Shown one piece after another: positions 39,037-50,552 of a stretch of 51,693 nt of DNA (positions within the stretch are counted from its first letter, which is position 1; every line of letters starts with the position of its first letter). Below the pieces are notes generated by a model. That model ran no database searches, was not told where the DNA came from, and was given only the letters and a program-made list of their open reading frames with translations. Position numbers and translations under genes: made by a program. Source of the stretch: Isurus oxyrinchus (taxonomy: Eukaryota); the NCBI GenBank assembly GCA_026770705.1, contig JANJGN010001723.1, positions 62,001 to 113,693 on the forward strand, in the 5' to 3' direction.

Positions 39037-41025
39037 AGCCGCAAAGCCTGGGGCTGTGGTTCAGTCAGGCCCGCAAAGCCTGGGGCTGTGGTTCTGTCAG
39101 GCCCGCAAAGCCTGGGGCTGTGGTTCAGTCAGGCCCGCAAAGCCTGGGGCTGTGGTTCTGTCAGGCCCGCAAAGCCTGGGGCTGTGGTTCAGTCAGGCCC
39201 GCAAAGCCTGGGGCTGTGGTTCAGTCAGGCCCGCAAAGCCTGGGGCTGTGGTTCTGTCAGGCCCGCAAAGCCTGGGGCTGTGGTTCAGTCAGGCCCGCAA
39301 AGCCTGGGGCTGTAGTTCAGTCAGGCCCGCAAAGCCTGGGGCTGTAGTTCAGTCAGGCCCGCAAAGCCTGGGGCTGTGGTTCTGTCAGGCCCGCAAAGCC
39401 TGGGCCTGTAGTTCATTCAGGCCGCAAAGCCTGGGGCTGTAGTTCAGTCAGGCCGCAAAGCCTGGGCCTGTAGTTCATTCAGGCCGCAAAGCCTGGGGCT
39501 GTAGTTCAGTCAGGCCGCAAAGTCTGGGGCTGTAGTTCACTCAAGCTGCATAGCCTGGGGCTGTAGTTCAGTCATGCCTGAAAGCCTGGGGCTGTAGTTC
39601 AGCCAGGGTTCAAAGCCTGGGCATGTAGTTCAGTTGGGCCGCAAAGCCTGGGGCTGTGGTTCAGTCAGGCCACAAAGCCTGGGGCTGTAGTTCAGTCAGG
39701 CCGCAAAGCCTGGGGCTGTGGTTCTGTCAGGCCACAAAGCCTGGGGCTGTGGTTCAGTCAGGCCTCAAAGCCTGGGGCTGTAGTTCTGTCAGGCCACAAA
39801 GCCTGGGGCTGTGGTTCAGTCAGGCCTCAAAGCCTGGGGCTGTGGTTCAGTCAGGCCGCAATACCTGGGGCTGTGGTTCAGTCAGGCCGCAAAGCCTGGG
39901 GCTGTGGATCAGTCAGGCCGCAAAGCCTGGGGCTGTAGTTCAGTCAGGCCACAAAGCCTGGGGCTGTAGTTCAGTCAGGCCCGCAAAGCCTGGGGCTGTG
40001 GTTCAGTCAGGCCGCAAAGCCTGGGGCTGTGGTTCAGTAAGGCCGCAAAGCCTGGGGCTATGGTTCAGTCAGGCCGCAAAGCCTGGGGCTGTGGTTCAGT
40101 CAGGCCACAAAGCCTGGGGCTGTGGTTCAGTCAGGCCCGCAAAGCCTGGGGCTGTAGTTCAGTCAGGCCGCAAAGCCTGGGGCTGTGGTTCAGTCAGGCC
40201 GCAAAGCCTGGGGCTGTGGTTCTGTCAGGCCACAAAGCCTGGGGCTGTGGTTCAGTCAGGCCGCAAAGCCTGGGGCTATGGTTCAGTCAGGCCGCAAAGC
40301 CTGGGGCTGTGGTTCAGTCAGGCCACAAAGCCTGGGGCTGTGGTTCTGTCAGGCCCGCAAAGCCTGGGGCTGTGATTCTGTCAGGCCACAAAGCCTGGGG
40401 CTGTGGTTCAGTCAGGCCGCAAAGCCTGGGGCTGTAGTTCAGCCAGGTCTCAAAGCCTGGGCATGTAGTTCAGTCAGGCCGCAAAGCCTGGGGCTGTGGT
40501 TCTGTCAGGCCACAAAGCCTGGGGCTGTAGTTCAGCCAGGTCTCAAAGCCTGGGCATGTAGTTCAGTTGGGCCGCAAAGCCTGGGGCTGTGGTTCAGTCA
40601 GGCCTCAAAGCCTGGGGCTGTAGTTCAGTCAGGCCGCAATACCTGGGGCTGTAGTTCAGTTAGGCCGCACAGCCTGGGGCTCCAGTTCTGGGTTAGGCCC
40701 TAAAGCAGCTCGCTATAGTCCTAGGTTCAGTCAGGCCTCAAAGCCTGGGGCTGTGGTTCTGTCAGGCCACAAAGCCTGGGGCTGTAGTTCACTCAAGCTG
40801 CATAGCCTGGGGCTGTAGTTCAGTCACGCCGCAATACCTGGGGCTGTAGTTCAGTTAGGCCGCACAGCCTGGGGCTCCAGTTCTGGGTTAGGCCCTAAAG
40901 CAGCTCGCTATAGTCCTAGGTTCAGTCAGGCCTCAAAGCCTGGGGCTGCAGTTCCAGGTCAGGCCTCAAAGCCTGGGGCTGTAGTTCAGTCAGGCCGCAA
41001 AGCCTGGGGCTGTAGTTCCAGGTCA
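39037..41025. repeat. 31/32-bp minisatellite, about 63 copies
   Basis: Unit GGCC(C)GCAAAGCCTGGGGCTGT(A/G)GTTCAGTCA. Two embedded copies of the 66-bp type unit occur near 40660 and 40855. Confidence 0.96.
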
Positions 41026-41242
41026 GTCTGAACACTTAATCTCTGCAGCAAAGACGAGCGTTAAAAACAGGCTCCTCTCCAACTGAGTTTATTGCAACAT
41101 AAGGATTCCCAATCCCATGGGAAAGATTTGAGGGGGACAGGAGTTTGTGAAGCATCCAGCTGTTCGACTGTGTGAGCCTCGCCGCCTGTAGGATGTCATC
41201 CCGTTCCTGTACGCCCTCTGCCCCCAAACACCCACTCGCTGC

Positions 41243-42046
41243 CCCCCACTGCTCCCCCTCCTCCCCACTGATCCCCCTCCTCCCCACTGATCCCCCTCCT
41301 CCCCACCGCTCCCCCTCCTCCCCACTGATCCCCCTCCTCCCCCTCCTCCCCACTGATCCCCCTCCTCCCCACTGCTCCCCCTCCTCCCCACTGATCCCCC
41401 CTGCTCCCCACTGATCCCCCTCCTCCCCACTGCTCCCCCTCCTCCCCCTCCTCCCCACTGATCCCCCTCCTCCCCACTGATCCCCCTCCTCCCCCTCCTC
41501 CCCACTGATCCCCCCTCCTCCCCACTGATCCCCCTCCTCCCCACTGATCCCCCTCCTCCCCACTGCTCCCCCTCCTCCCCCTCCTCCCCCTCCTCCCCAC
41601 TGATCCCCCTCCTCCCCACTGATCCCCCTCCTCCCCACTGATCCCCCTCCTCCCCCTCCTCCCCCTCCTCCCCACTGATCCCCCCTCCTCCCCACTGATC
41701 CCCCTCCTCCCCACTGATCCCCCTCCTCCCCACTGATCCCCCTCCTCCCCACTGATCCCCCTCCTCCCCCTCCTCCCCCTCCTCCCCACTGATCCCCCTC
41801 CTCCCCACTGATCCCCCTCCTCCCCACTGCTCCCCCTCCTCCCCACTGATCCCCCTCCTCCCCACTGCTCCCCCTCCTCCCCACTGATCCCCCTCCTCCC
41901 CACTGATCCCCCTCCTCCCCACTGATCCCCCTCCTCCCCACTGATCCCCCTCCTCCCCACTGATCCCCCTCCTCCCCCTCCTCCCCACTGCTCCCCCTCC
42001 TCCCCACTGATCCCCCTCCTCCCCACTGATCCCCCTCCTCCAACCC
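41243..42046. repeat. C-rich 19-bp minisatellite (CCCCACTGATCCCCCTCCT)n with interspersed 9-bp CCCCCTCCT units
   Basis: Direct inspection shows about 40 units. The minus strand is rich in G-runs. Confidence 0.96.
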
Positions 42047-42160
42047 CAGTGCAGTTTGTCCCTGTCCCCACCATATACAAGGCACTCACGCACATCTTTA
42101 AAAGCACTTTAATACAAATTAATACAAGAGAAATTGGCTGAGAGCTGAATGTCCTGTTGT

Positions 42161-44462
42161 GGGAGTGTTTGATGTGGACAGTGTACAGGGAGATTTACTC
42201 TGTATCTAACCCCGTGCTGTACCTGTCCTGGGAGAGTTTGATGGGGACAGTGTAGAGGGCGATTTACTCTGTATCTAACCCCCTGCTGTACCTGTCCTGG
42301 GAGAGTTTGATGGGGACAGTGTAGAGGGAGATTTACTCTGTATCTAACCCCGTGCTGTACCTGTCCTGGGAGTGTTTGATGTGGACAGTGTAGAGGGAGA
42401 TTTACTCTGTATCTAACCCCCTGCTGTACCTGTCCTGGGAGAGTTTGATGGGGACAGTGTAGAGGGAGATTTACTCTGTATCTAACCCCGTGCTGTACCT
42501 GTCCTGGGAGTGTTTGATGGGGACAGTGTAGAGGGAGATTTACTCTGTATCTAACCCCGTGCTGTACCTGTCCTGGGAGTGTTTGATGGGGACAGTGTAG
42601 ACGGAGCTTTACTCTGTATCTAACCCCGTGCTGTACCTGTCCTGGGAGTGTTTGATGGGGACAGTGTAGAGGGAGATTTACTCTGTATCTAACCCTGTGC
42701 TGTACCTGTCCTGGGAGTGTTTGATGGGGACAGTGTAGAGGGAGTTTTACTCTGTATCTAACCCTGTGCTGTACCTGTCCTGGGAGTGTTTGATGGGGAC
42801 AGTGTAGAGGGAGATTTACTCTGTATCTAACCCCGTGCTGTACCTGTCCTGGGAGTGTTTGATGGGGACGGTGTAGAGGGAGATTTACTCTGTATCTAAC
42901 CCCGTGCTGTACCTGTCCTGGGAGTGTTTGATGGGGACAGTGTAGAGGGAGATTTACTCTGTATCTAACCCCGTGCTGTACCTGCCCTGGGAGTGTTTGA
43001 TGGGGACAGTGTAGAGGGAGATTTACTCTGTATCTAACCCTGTGCTGTACCTGTCCTGGGAGTGTTTGATGGGGACAGTGTAGAGGGAGATTTACTCTGT
43101 ATCTAACCCCGTGCTGTACCTGTCCTGGGAGTGTTTGATGGGGACAGTGTAGACGGAGATTTACTCTGTATCTAACCCCGTGCTGTACCTGTCCTGGGAG
43201 TGTTTGATGGGGACAGTGTAGAGGGAGATTTACTCTGTATCTAACCCCGTGCTGTACCTGTCCTGGGAGTGTTTGATGAGGACAGTGTACAGGGAGATTT
43301 ACTCTGTATCTAACCCCGACCTGTACCTGTCCTGGGAGTGTTTGATGTGGACAGTGTAGAGGGAGATTTACTCTGTATCTAACCCCGTGCTGTACCTGCC
43401 CTGGGAGTGTTTGATGGGGACAGTGTAGAGGGAGATTTACTCTGTATCTAACCCTGTGCTGTACCTGTCCTGGGAGTGTTTGATGGGGACAGTGTAGAGG
43501 GAGATTTACTCTGTATCTAACCCCGTGCTGTACCTGTCCTGGGAGTGTTTGATGGGGACAGTGTAGACGGAGATTTACTCTGTATCTAACCCCGTGCTGT
43601 ACCTGTCCTGGGAGTGTTTGATGGGGACAGTGTAGAGGGAGATTTACTCTGTATCTAACCCCGTGCTGTACCTGTCCTGGGAGTGTTTGATGAGGACAGT
43701 GTACAGGGAGATTTACTCTGTATCTAACCCCGACCTGTACCTGTCCTGGGAGTGTTTGATGTGGACAGTGTAGAGGGAGATTTACTCTGTATCTAACCCC
43801 GACCTGTACCTGTCCTGGGAGTGTTTGATGGGGACAGTGTAGAGGGAGATTTATTCTGTATCTAACCCCGTGCTGTACCTGTCCTGGGAGTGTTTGATGT
43901 GGACAGTGTAGAGGGAATTTTACTCTGTATCTTATCCCGTGCTGTACCTGTCCTGGGAGTGTTTGATGGGGACAGTGTAGAGGGAGATTTACTCTGTATC
44001 TAACCCCATGCTGTACCTGTCCTGGGAGTGTTTGATGAGGACAGTGTAGAGGGAGATTTACTCTGTATCTTACCCCGTGCTGTACCTGTCCTGGGAGTGT
44101 TTGATGGGGACAGTGTAGAGGGAGATTTACTCTGTATCTAACCCCGTGCTGTACCTGTCCTGGGAGTGTTTGATGAGGACAGTGTAGAGGGAGATTTACT
44201 CTGTATCTAACCCCATGCTGTACCTGTCCTGGGAGTGTTTGATGAGGACAGTGTAGAGGGAGATTTACTCTGTATCTAACCCCGTGCTGTATCTGTCCTG
44301 GGAGTGTTTGATGAGGACAGTGTAGAGGGAGATTTACTCTGTATCTTACCCCGTGCTGTACCTGTCCTGGGAGTGTTTGATGGGGGCAGTGTAGAGGGAG
44401 AGTTACTCTGTATCTAACTCCATGCTGTACCTGTCCTGGGAGTGTTTGATGGGGACAGTGTA
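42161..44462. repeat. 69-bp satellite array 2, about 33 copies
   Basis: Same unit and orientation as 28597-32155. It explains the 23-aa-repeat ORF 42109..44532. Confidence 0.98.
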
Positions 44463-45348
44463 AAGGCTGTGTGTTGACATGGTGGATGTTAAATGCTGAG
44501 CAGCTCGAATCCCAGAGGGAAACTTGAAGCAACTCTCACAAATAATTCTCAATCTGTGTTAATTTCCAGTTGCATGACCAGCAAATCTTCCTAGTTTTTT
44601 CAGAACTAGATTCAACATTTATTACTAAGTAAACTGACTTTGGAGGTCTTACATCGATGTACACATTACTGCTGCAGTAATTTCTAAATCCCCTACTCAG
44701 CTAACTTGCAGTTATTCTTTCGGTAAGTCAACTGTAAGACACATCGATTCTAAGAGGCGCAGGCAATGAAACATGATACCCTGAACATGTCAACTTCCAA
44801 GTCAGTTTTCTTAACTCCAGTCCCGTGAAGACAGCAGGTTGAGCCATAGATGCCGAAGGCTTTTCACACACTTATAAGCTCTTAAAAATGCCTTCCCTAA
44901 CCAACTGCTCTGGCTTCCACTTTATACACATCTTCCTCTTTGAATGCAAATCCCCATTGTTTCACTCTGTCTTTGGACTTTATCTCCCTGATAATAAAGA
45001 CCTCTCGTAGTACTGAGTTTTACCAGTAATCTTTGGGAAAAGTGAACACACTGTTCTGAACTTCACCTGGCGAGGTGACATATTTCACCCCTCCCTTGAT
45101 AGCAATCCAGTCTGGTTTATTTCAAAATGCAAACTTTCCCTTGGCACCCATGTTTCTAAACTTCCCCATGTTTACCTAATTAACATTTCAAACCTAGCCA
45201 CTCTTCTTAGCTCAAAGCACCCAGACTAATTCAATTAATTCTCCCTCACACCCAGACAGACGTGGATGGGCACTTCGATACATCCAATGATTACTCTGTT
45301 TTACCAATAAATTCCAAAAAAATTGCGTCTCATTATATCTTCTTGACA
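44459..45348 (-). repeat. Putative 3' LTR (about 890 bp) of the Gypsy element
   Basis: On the minus strand it starts TGTCAAG at 45348, directly after a purine-rich tract AGTGAGGGGGTG (45349-45360), and ends ...TTACA at 44459. Segment 45112-45348 is homologous to 50317-50552. The distal boundary is inferred from the satellite junction. Confidence 0.7.
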
Positions 45349-45732
45349 CACCCCCTCACTGAACTGTAATAATCTAAAAAGATGGCTTCATTTTTATTAA
45401 CCAATTTGAAACTATCTCCTGTACTTATCTATATACTTACAGTATCACATTACCAGATGCATGCATTTAACATAACAGATATATAAATGCTTCACATCAG
45501 CAGAAATCATTCCAGTTCAGAGTCCAGGTTTTTAAACTCCAACCTTCCCTTTAAACTCCCAACTCTTGATAAATCATCTGCAATCAGATTTTCTTGTCCA
45601 GCGACATGTATAACCTGTGGATTAAGAGGTTGCAGTAATAACTTCCACCTGAATAGCCTCACACATCTGAATTGGGACATGTCCAGGAACCTTTCAGGAT
45701 TGCGTTCTATACAAAGAACCGTTTCCGACCAG

Positions 45733-45950
45733 AGCAAAATACTGCGGAGTCTGGAAACCGGAAACAAAACCGACAATCGCTGGGGAGACTCAGCAGGTCT
45801 GACAGCATCTTCATCGGAACATCTGGATTCATCTTCATCTGCTGATGAAGCGTCATACGGACTCGAAACCTTAACTCTGGCTTCCTCTGCTCAGATGTTG
45901 TCAGGCCTGCTGAGTTCATCCCAGCAATTTTTGCGATTGTTTCGGATTTC
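45733..45950 (+). mobile_element. Hairpin (inverted-repeat) non-autonomous element with a degenerate hammerhead-like core, inserted in the Gypsy RNase H region
   Basis: Arms GCTGGGGAGACTCAGCAGGTCTGACAGCATCT (45779-45810) and AGATGTTGTCAGGCCTGCTGAGTTCATCCCAGC (45893-45925) are imperfect reverse complements. The loop contains CTGATGA...CGAAAC. RNase H motifs resume on both sides. Confidence 0.7.
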
Positions 45951-46080
45951 AAAATGCTGCAATGCTCGCACCAAACCCAACTTCTCCTTTTCAATGGTTG
46001 AGTATATTCTCTGTTGTGCAATTAGCTTCTGTGAAAAATACCCTATCGGTTTTTCAACTGAATTGTCATCTTCCTGTAAC

Positions 46081-46292
46081 TGGGCCAAAACCCTGGAACT
46101 CCCCCTCCCCACCACCCACCACCACCCCCCTCCCCCCCCCACCCGCCTCTAACAGCGCTGTGGGTGTGCCTACACCACATGGAGATGTTCGAGAAAGCAG
46201 CTCACCGCCACCTTCTCAAGGGGCAATTAGGGATGGGCAATAAATGCTGGACCCAGCCAGCGAAACCCACATCCTGTGAACGGATAAAAAAA
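46081..46292 (+). mobile_element. CR1 (HER1-like)/HE1-type SINE 3' tail nested in Gypsy pol
   Basis: Homologous to one 56-bp unit plus the LINE tail at 36713-36829 (CCTGGAACTCCC...TAACAGCGCTGTGGGTGTGCCTACACCAC...GGGGCAATTAGGGATGGGCAATAAATGCTGG...ATAAAAAAA), with an internal C-rich expansion. Confidence 0.88.
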
Positions 46293-47607
46293 CTTGGGTA
46301 CTGTCAAAGCTGGTGTCGGAGTTCACACAGTTTTCAAACTACCGAATGATTCCTGACATTCCAGCGTCCACTGAAAATCCTTCGTTAATTGTTCAGTCAG
46401 TGGAACAACCACTCCTGCTAAAAGTGGCCCAAACTTCCAGTAAAACCCACTCATGCCCAGAAATCTCAAAACGTCCTGTTTTGTTGTAGGCACTGGGAAA
46501 TCCACCCTATTCTTAACTTTTTGCATCTCTTGGAACCACCCTACCACGTCCAATTGTGCGGTCCAGATAGATAACTTACGCTTTTGCATATTCACTTGTA
46601 GCCAAGTTCATCACCAAATTAGTTTCTTGCAATCGAAAAATGAATCCTTCCGGATGCTATAAGTGCTCCTCGCACGTCTGACTGAAAACTATTAAGTCAT
46701 CAATATAAACAGCGCGATTGCTTAGACCCGCAATTAATTTGTTCGTCACCTTTGAAGTATTTCAGGTGCAAGCTTCAAACCAAATTGCATTGACTTTCAG
46801 CTGATATAGTCCACTTGGCATTATGAAAGCTGATATCTCCTTTGCTCTCTCCAACGTGGTACTTGTCAGCGTCCTCTCAGCAAGTCAAACCTTGTGATAA
46901 ATTTTGATTGTCCCACTTTCTCAATACAATCCTCTAACCATGGTATAGGATATGAATCCTCTTATGTCACTACATTCACCTTTTGATAGTCCACACACAG
47001 TCTTTGTGTTCCATCCGGTTTCGGTACCAGTTCAATAGGCGGACTCCGGTTACTGCAACTGGACTCAGTGATATAATTTTGAAGCAGGAAATCAATTCCT
47101 TTGCGTACTTGTGATAATTTTGCTGGATTTAATCCATAAGGATGTTCCCTTATTGAAGATGCGACTTCTACAGACACATCATGTCCAGCTAAATCTGTCC
47201 TCCCCAATTTATTTCCATAAATAGCTTTGTGTGACCACAATAGCTTTTCCAAATCACATTGACACTTGTCTGGAAGGTAAATCAATATTACATTGAAGGT
47301 TTCAAGTAACCCCTCATAATCCCATTGGATTAAAGGAAAATCAATTTCAGAATCCTGCAATTCTAACTCTTTCTCATTATCTACCACCACAAATATCTCC
47401 TTTCGGTCCTCTTCCCTGTCAAAGTACTTGTTAAGCATATGTACATGACACACACCCTCTACTTTTTTCTTCAGCCTGGTGTATTTATTAAATAATTCAC
47501 TTCATTCAGTTCCTCTTCCATCCTGTAAGGCCCCCTTTCCTTTAATGAGTCACCCAGTGCTGGTAACAGAACTAGTACTTTCTCTCTAACAATAAAATTC
47601 GGAGTTG

Positions 47608-47742
47608 TAACTTTTAATTCCAGACATTTATTGAATTCAAATTCTACCATCTGCCTTGGTGGGATTTGAACCCAGAGAATTACCCTGGGTCTGCCAAGGT
47701 TACCAACCCAGTGACAATACCACTATGCCACTCTCTCTCCCC
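47608..47742 (-). mobile_element. tRNA-derived SINE 5' head (HE1-like) nested in the Gypsy integrase region
   Basis: The minus strand has A-box-like TGGCATAGTGG and B-box-like GGTTCAAATCC, followed by GGCAGATGGTAGAATTTGAATTCAATAAA, which I recognise as an elasmobranch SINE head. Confidence 0.75.
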
Positions 47743-49339
47743 ATATGAGACGCTGATGACTTAAATTGTTTTACCCCCAAATTGTTCATTACTTCCTCAA
47801 ACAGCTGTCACATAAAATTTGACCCCTGATCTGATTGTGTTTCCTTCGGTAAATCATGTCTTGGAAAAGATGAATTAACTCTTCCACAATCCTTTTTTTT
47901 TGTAATGTTTCTCAAAGGTATTGCTTCAGGAAATCTGGTAGATATATCCATTATTGTTGGGACATACTGAGTTCCAGTTTTAGTCTTAGGGAGGGTCCTA
48001 CACAATCAATTATGGCCCCAGTAAAAGGCTTTTCAAATGCTGGAATTGGTATTAAAGGGGCTTGAGGTTCCCCTATCACCTGACATGTATGACGTGCTGT
48101 ACAGGATTTGACTACATCACTGTGCAATCCAGGCCAATAAAAATGTTTTTTTGTATCTTCTCCCTTGTTTTCCTAATTCCTAAGTGTCCCCCCCATTGAA
48201 ACTTCATGAGTGATTCTCAGAATCCCATTTCTATACCCAATTGGGATAGCCACCTGATGTACCTCCCTCCAGCTTTCATTTGCTGAAACATAATAAGGCC
48301 TCCATTTTCTCATTAAAATATTACCCTTAAGGTAATTCTGGAATACATTTTGCCTCTGTTTTGGAGTAAGCTGTCTGATAAAAATAGTGTATGTGCAAAT
48401 CTTTTTTCTGTAACTCTACTAACTGTCTTGAGTTAAACACTTCAGCTGAATTGTCCTAGTCACCCTTCCTGAACAATGTTATCAAACACAGTGCCGGCTA
48501 ATTGGATTTCAACATGCCCTTTCTGCTTTTGAACTTCCTGTTATTCTTGTTTCGACATATCAGCTTGTGATCTGGTTGTCACATAATCAGGCAACAATCC
48601 AGGATGCGCTCCCTGTAACACTTCCGTTGAAGCCCCCTCTACAGGCTTCTCAACTACCATAGGCATCACCCACATTGGCGATCCAGCTGTACCATTACCC
48701 AGAATAAATTGAACCCCGGCAGTGAGCAATTTTTCCACCATCCCAACAGTCACTACCCCTGTTATCCACTTACTCTCTAAATTTACCTTCCACAAGGTTT
48801 AGCATCTCCATGAGCCCCACTGATGGGGTTCCTGTTCCTGCAATAGTACGCCTGAATAAAAAATATCACGACCTCACAACATTAAGGATAGACTGACCCC
48901 CCCCCCCATCTCTTAAAAGTTTATCAACTTGACCTATTCCACCCTGTATACGTTCCCTTCACACACAACGTCTGTAAACATTTCTGTGACCTGCTCCTCA
49001 TAACTCACTTGATGAAACTGTGAACACATTCCCCACTTGTTTACCTATCACTGATTCTACCTGTTTTACTTGTACACTGGCTTCTCCTGTGTCTGAGCCT
49101 CAGAATCAATAATACTTTTACTCCCAGAGATTTTTTTTCTACCCAAATAATCCCCGCAGATGTTTCCCGCAACCTCCAACACACTGGCTTTGTGTGCCCC
49201 ACTATATTACAATGACAACGCCTCAATTTTCGAAGGTCACTTCCACCCTCAACACCTTCCTTTATATTCTGAAAAAAAACAAAGAACTTCCTGGGAACTT
49301 CCAGTGAATCCTGCTCTTCCCTGAGTGGAATTCCAAGCT

Positions 49340-49574
49340 AGAGGGAAGGATAAACAGAGAGGTGAAGGCTGGAGAGAAGGAATGAGAAAGGGAATACCGG
49401 CTTAAAAGGCCGCAAGGTGAAATCGAGACCTCGTATTCTGAGGAAAGCTCTAACGGTGAAAAGAAGATTTAATTTCAGTCCCAGCGGGGAGATGTTTAAA
49501 TCTGTACCAGCTCTTCCAAAGCTGAAGGGGAGAGATGTTGCAGCATTCGTTATTTGATTTGAGAAGACAGCTAA
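49340..49574 (+). repeat. Inverted copy of the gag 5' segment at about 50064-50290
   Basis: ORFs 49338..49613(-) and 49748..50434(+) share the near-identical peptide AGTDLNISPLGLKLNLLFTVRAFLRIRGL.FTL.PFKPVFPFSFLLS, confirming an inverted repeat. Confidence 0.9.
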
Positions 49575-50316
49575 AGCTTCACATTCACCTGCCCGCTTCC
49601 TGTCCATTTCCAACTAGAAAGGGGTGATGGGAAAAAGGGGCTAGCCCCACGCATTAGCTCAAAGTCATCAGCTATCTCTGCTGTTTCTCTTACCATTGGA
49701 ACCCTCTGCCCCTCCTCATGAGTTGTCACGGCCGAAGGAGTTGAATCTTGAATCTCTTCCGGAAGAATCACTTCTCTAAGAAGGAAGAGGCTGCCTCGGT
49801 TTTTAACGCCCCATATCTACCCGTCAAAATGACTTTGTTTAACTCTTCCAAACTCAATAGAAGTTTGCCCAGGCTGTTTCCTCACATTCCTAAATCTCTG
49901 CCGGTATACTTCAGGCACTCGTATGCACTCAATATAGTCTTTGTTTTACCATGTCGTGAGTCACCGGCATTTCTCCTGACCGTGAAGCATAAACCTCATG
50001 TGCTCTACCCACCAACCTGCACTGTAACAGCGATGTCCAGTCTTCCAGGGACCATTTCATCTGCTTCGCTATCTTCCAAAATGAAGCAAAGAAATCTTCA
50101 ACATCGCTTAACTCAGAGCGCTGGTACAGATTTAAACATCTCCCCACTGGGTCTGAAATTAAATCTTCTTTTCACCGTTAGAGCTTTCCTCAGAATACGA
50201 GGTCTCTATTTCACCTTGTGGCCTTTTAAGCCGGTATTCCCTTTCTCATTCCTTCTCTCTATCCTTCGCCTCTCTGTTTATCCTTCTCTCCAGGTTGGAA
50301 TTTCAGTTCCAGCTTC

Positions 50317-50552
50317 CTGGTTTATTTCAAAATACACGTGTTCCCTTAACACCCATGTTTCTAAACTTCCCCATGTTTACCTAATTAATATTTCAGACCT
50401 AACCTCTCTTCTTAGATCAAAGCACCCAGACTAATTCAATTAGGTTTCACTCCCACACACAGGGATACAGACAGACACATACACACATCCGGATATTATT
50501 CTACTCAACAATAAATTCTAATAACAATGATAATTATAAAACCTACTTGACA
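50317..50552 (-). repeat. Truncated 5' LTR remnant of the Gypsy element
   Basis: Starts TGTCAAG on the minus strand at 50552 and is homologous to 45112-45348. It is joined almost directly to gag-like sequence, so the rest of the LTR and the primer-binding site are missing. Confidence 0.75.

Larger units (their letters stand above)
44459..50552 (-). mobile_element. Decayed Gypsy/Ty3 LTR retrotransposon, Gmr1-like (gag - PR-like region - INT - RT - RNase H)
   Basis: Minus-strand fragments in order: gag (FFASFWKIAKQMKW...WTSLLQCRLVGRAHEVY, ~50100); degenerate zinc knuckle (CHCNIVGHTKPVC, ~49200); integrase (HLGIRKT...HFYWPGL...HTCQ, ~48200; TRFPEAIPL...SDQGSNFM, 47808-48005); RT (LVPKPDGTQRLCVDY, ~47000; AVYIDDL, ~46700; FLGMSGFY); RNase H (PIGYFSQKL...YSTIEKE...RW.LLLQ...GQENLIADDLSR). 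Many stops and frameshifts. Confidence 0.92.

Noticed and set aside
41040-41102. Acceptor-like ctctgcag at about 41048 as exon 2 of the candidate gene at 37171
   Set aside because: The pyrimidine tract is weak, the phase-0 reading stops after 17 codons, and the peptide is unrecognisable.
41036-42107. Gly/Arg/Glu-rich ORFs in all three minus frames
   Set aside because: They are translations of a 19-bp G-rich minisatellite that is open in every frame.
42080-42130. Minus-strand donor-like GTGAGT near 42089 with nearby AG acceptors (possible micro-exon)
   Set aside because: It would give only a 6-17 nt exon with no partner exons or homology, which is compatible with chance.
42109-44532. 807-aa ORF of 23-aa repeats (also 28533..28988)
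   Set aside because: A 69-bp unit divisible by three with one stop-free frame produces it automatically. Nothing in the sequence indicates coding function.
47640-47735. tRNA-like A and B boxes on the minus strand
   Set aside because: No convincing cloverleaf, and it is followed by SINE body sequence, so it is a SINE head rather than a tRNA gene.
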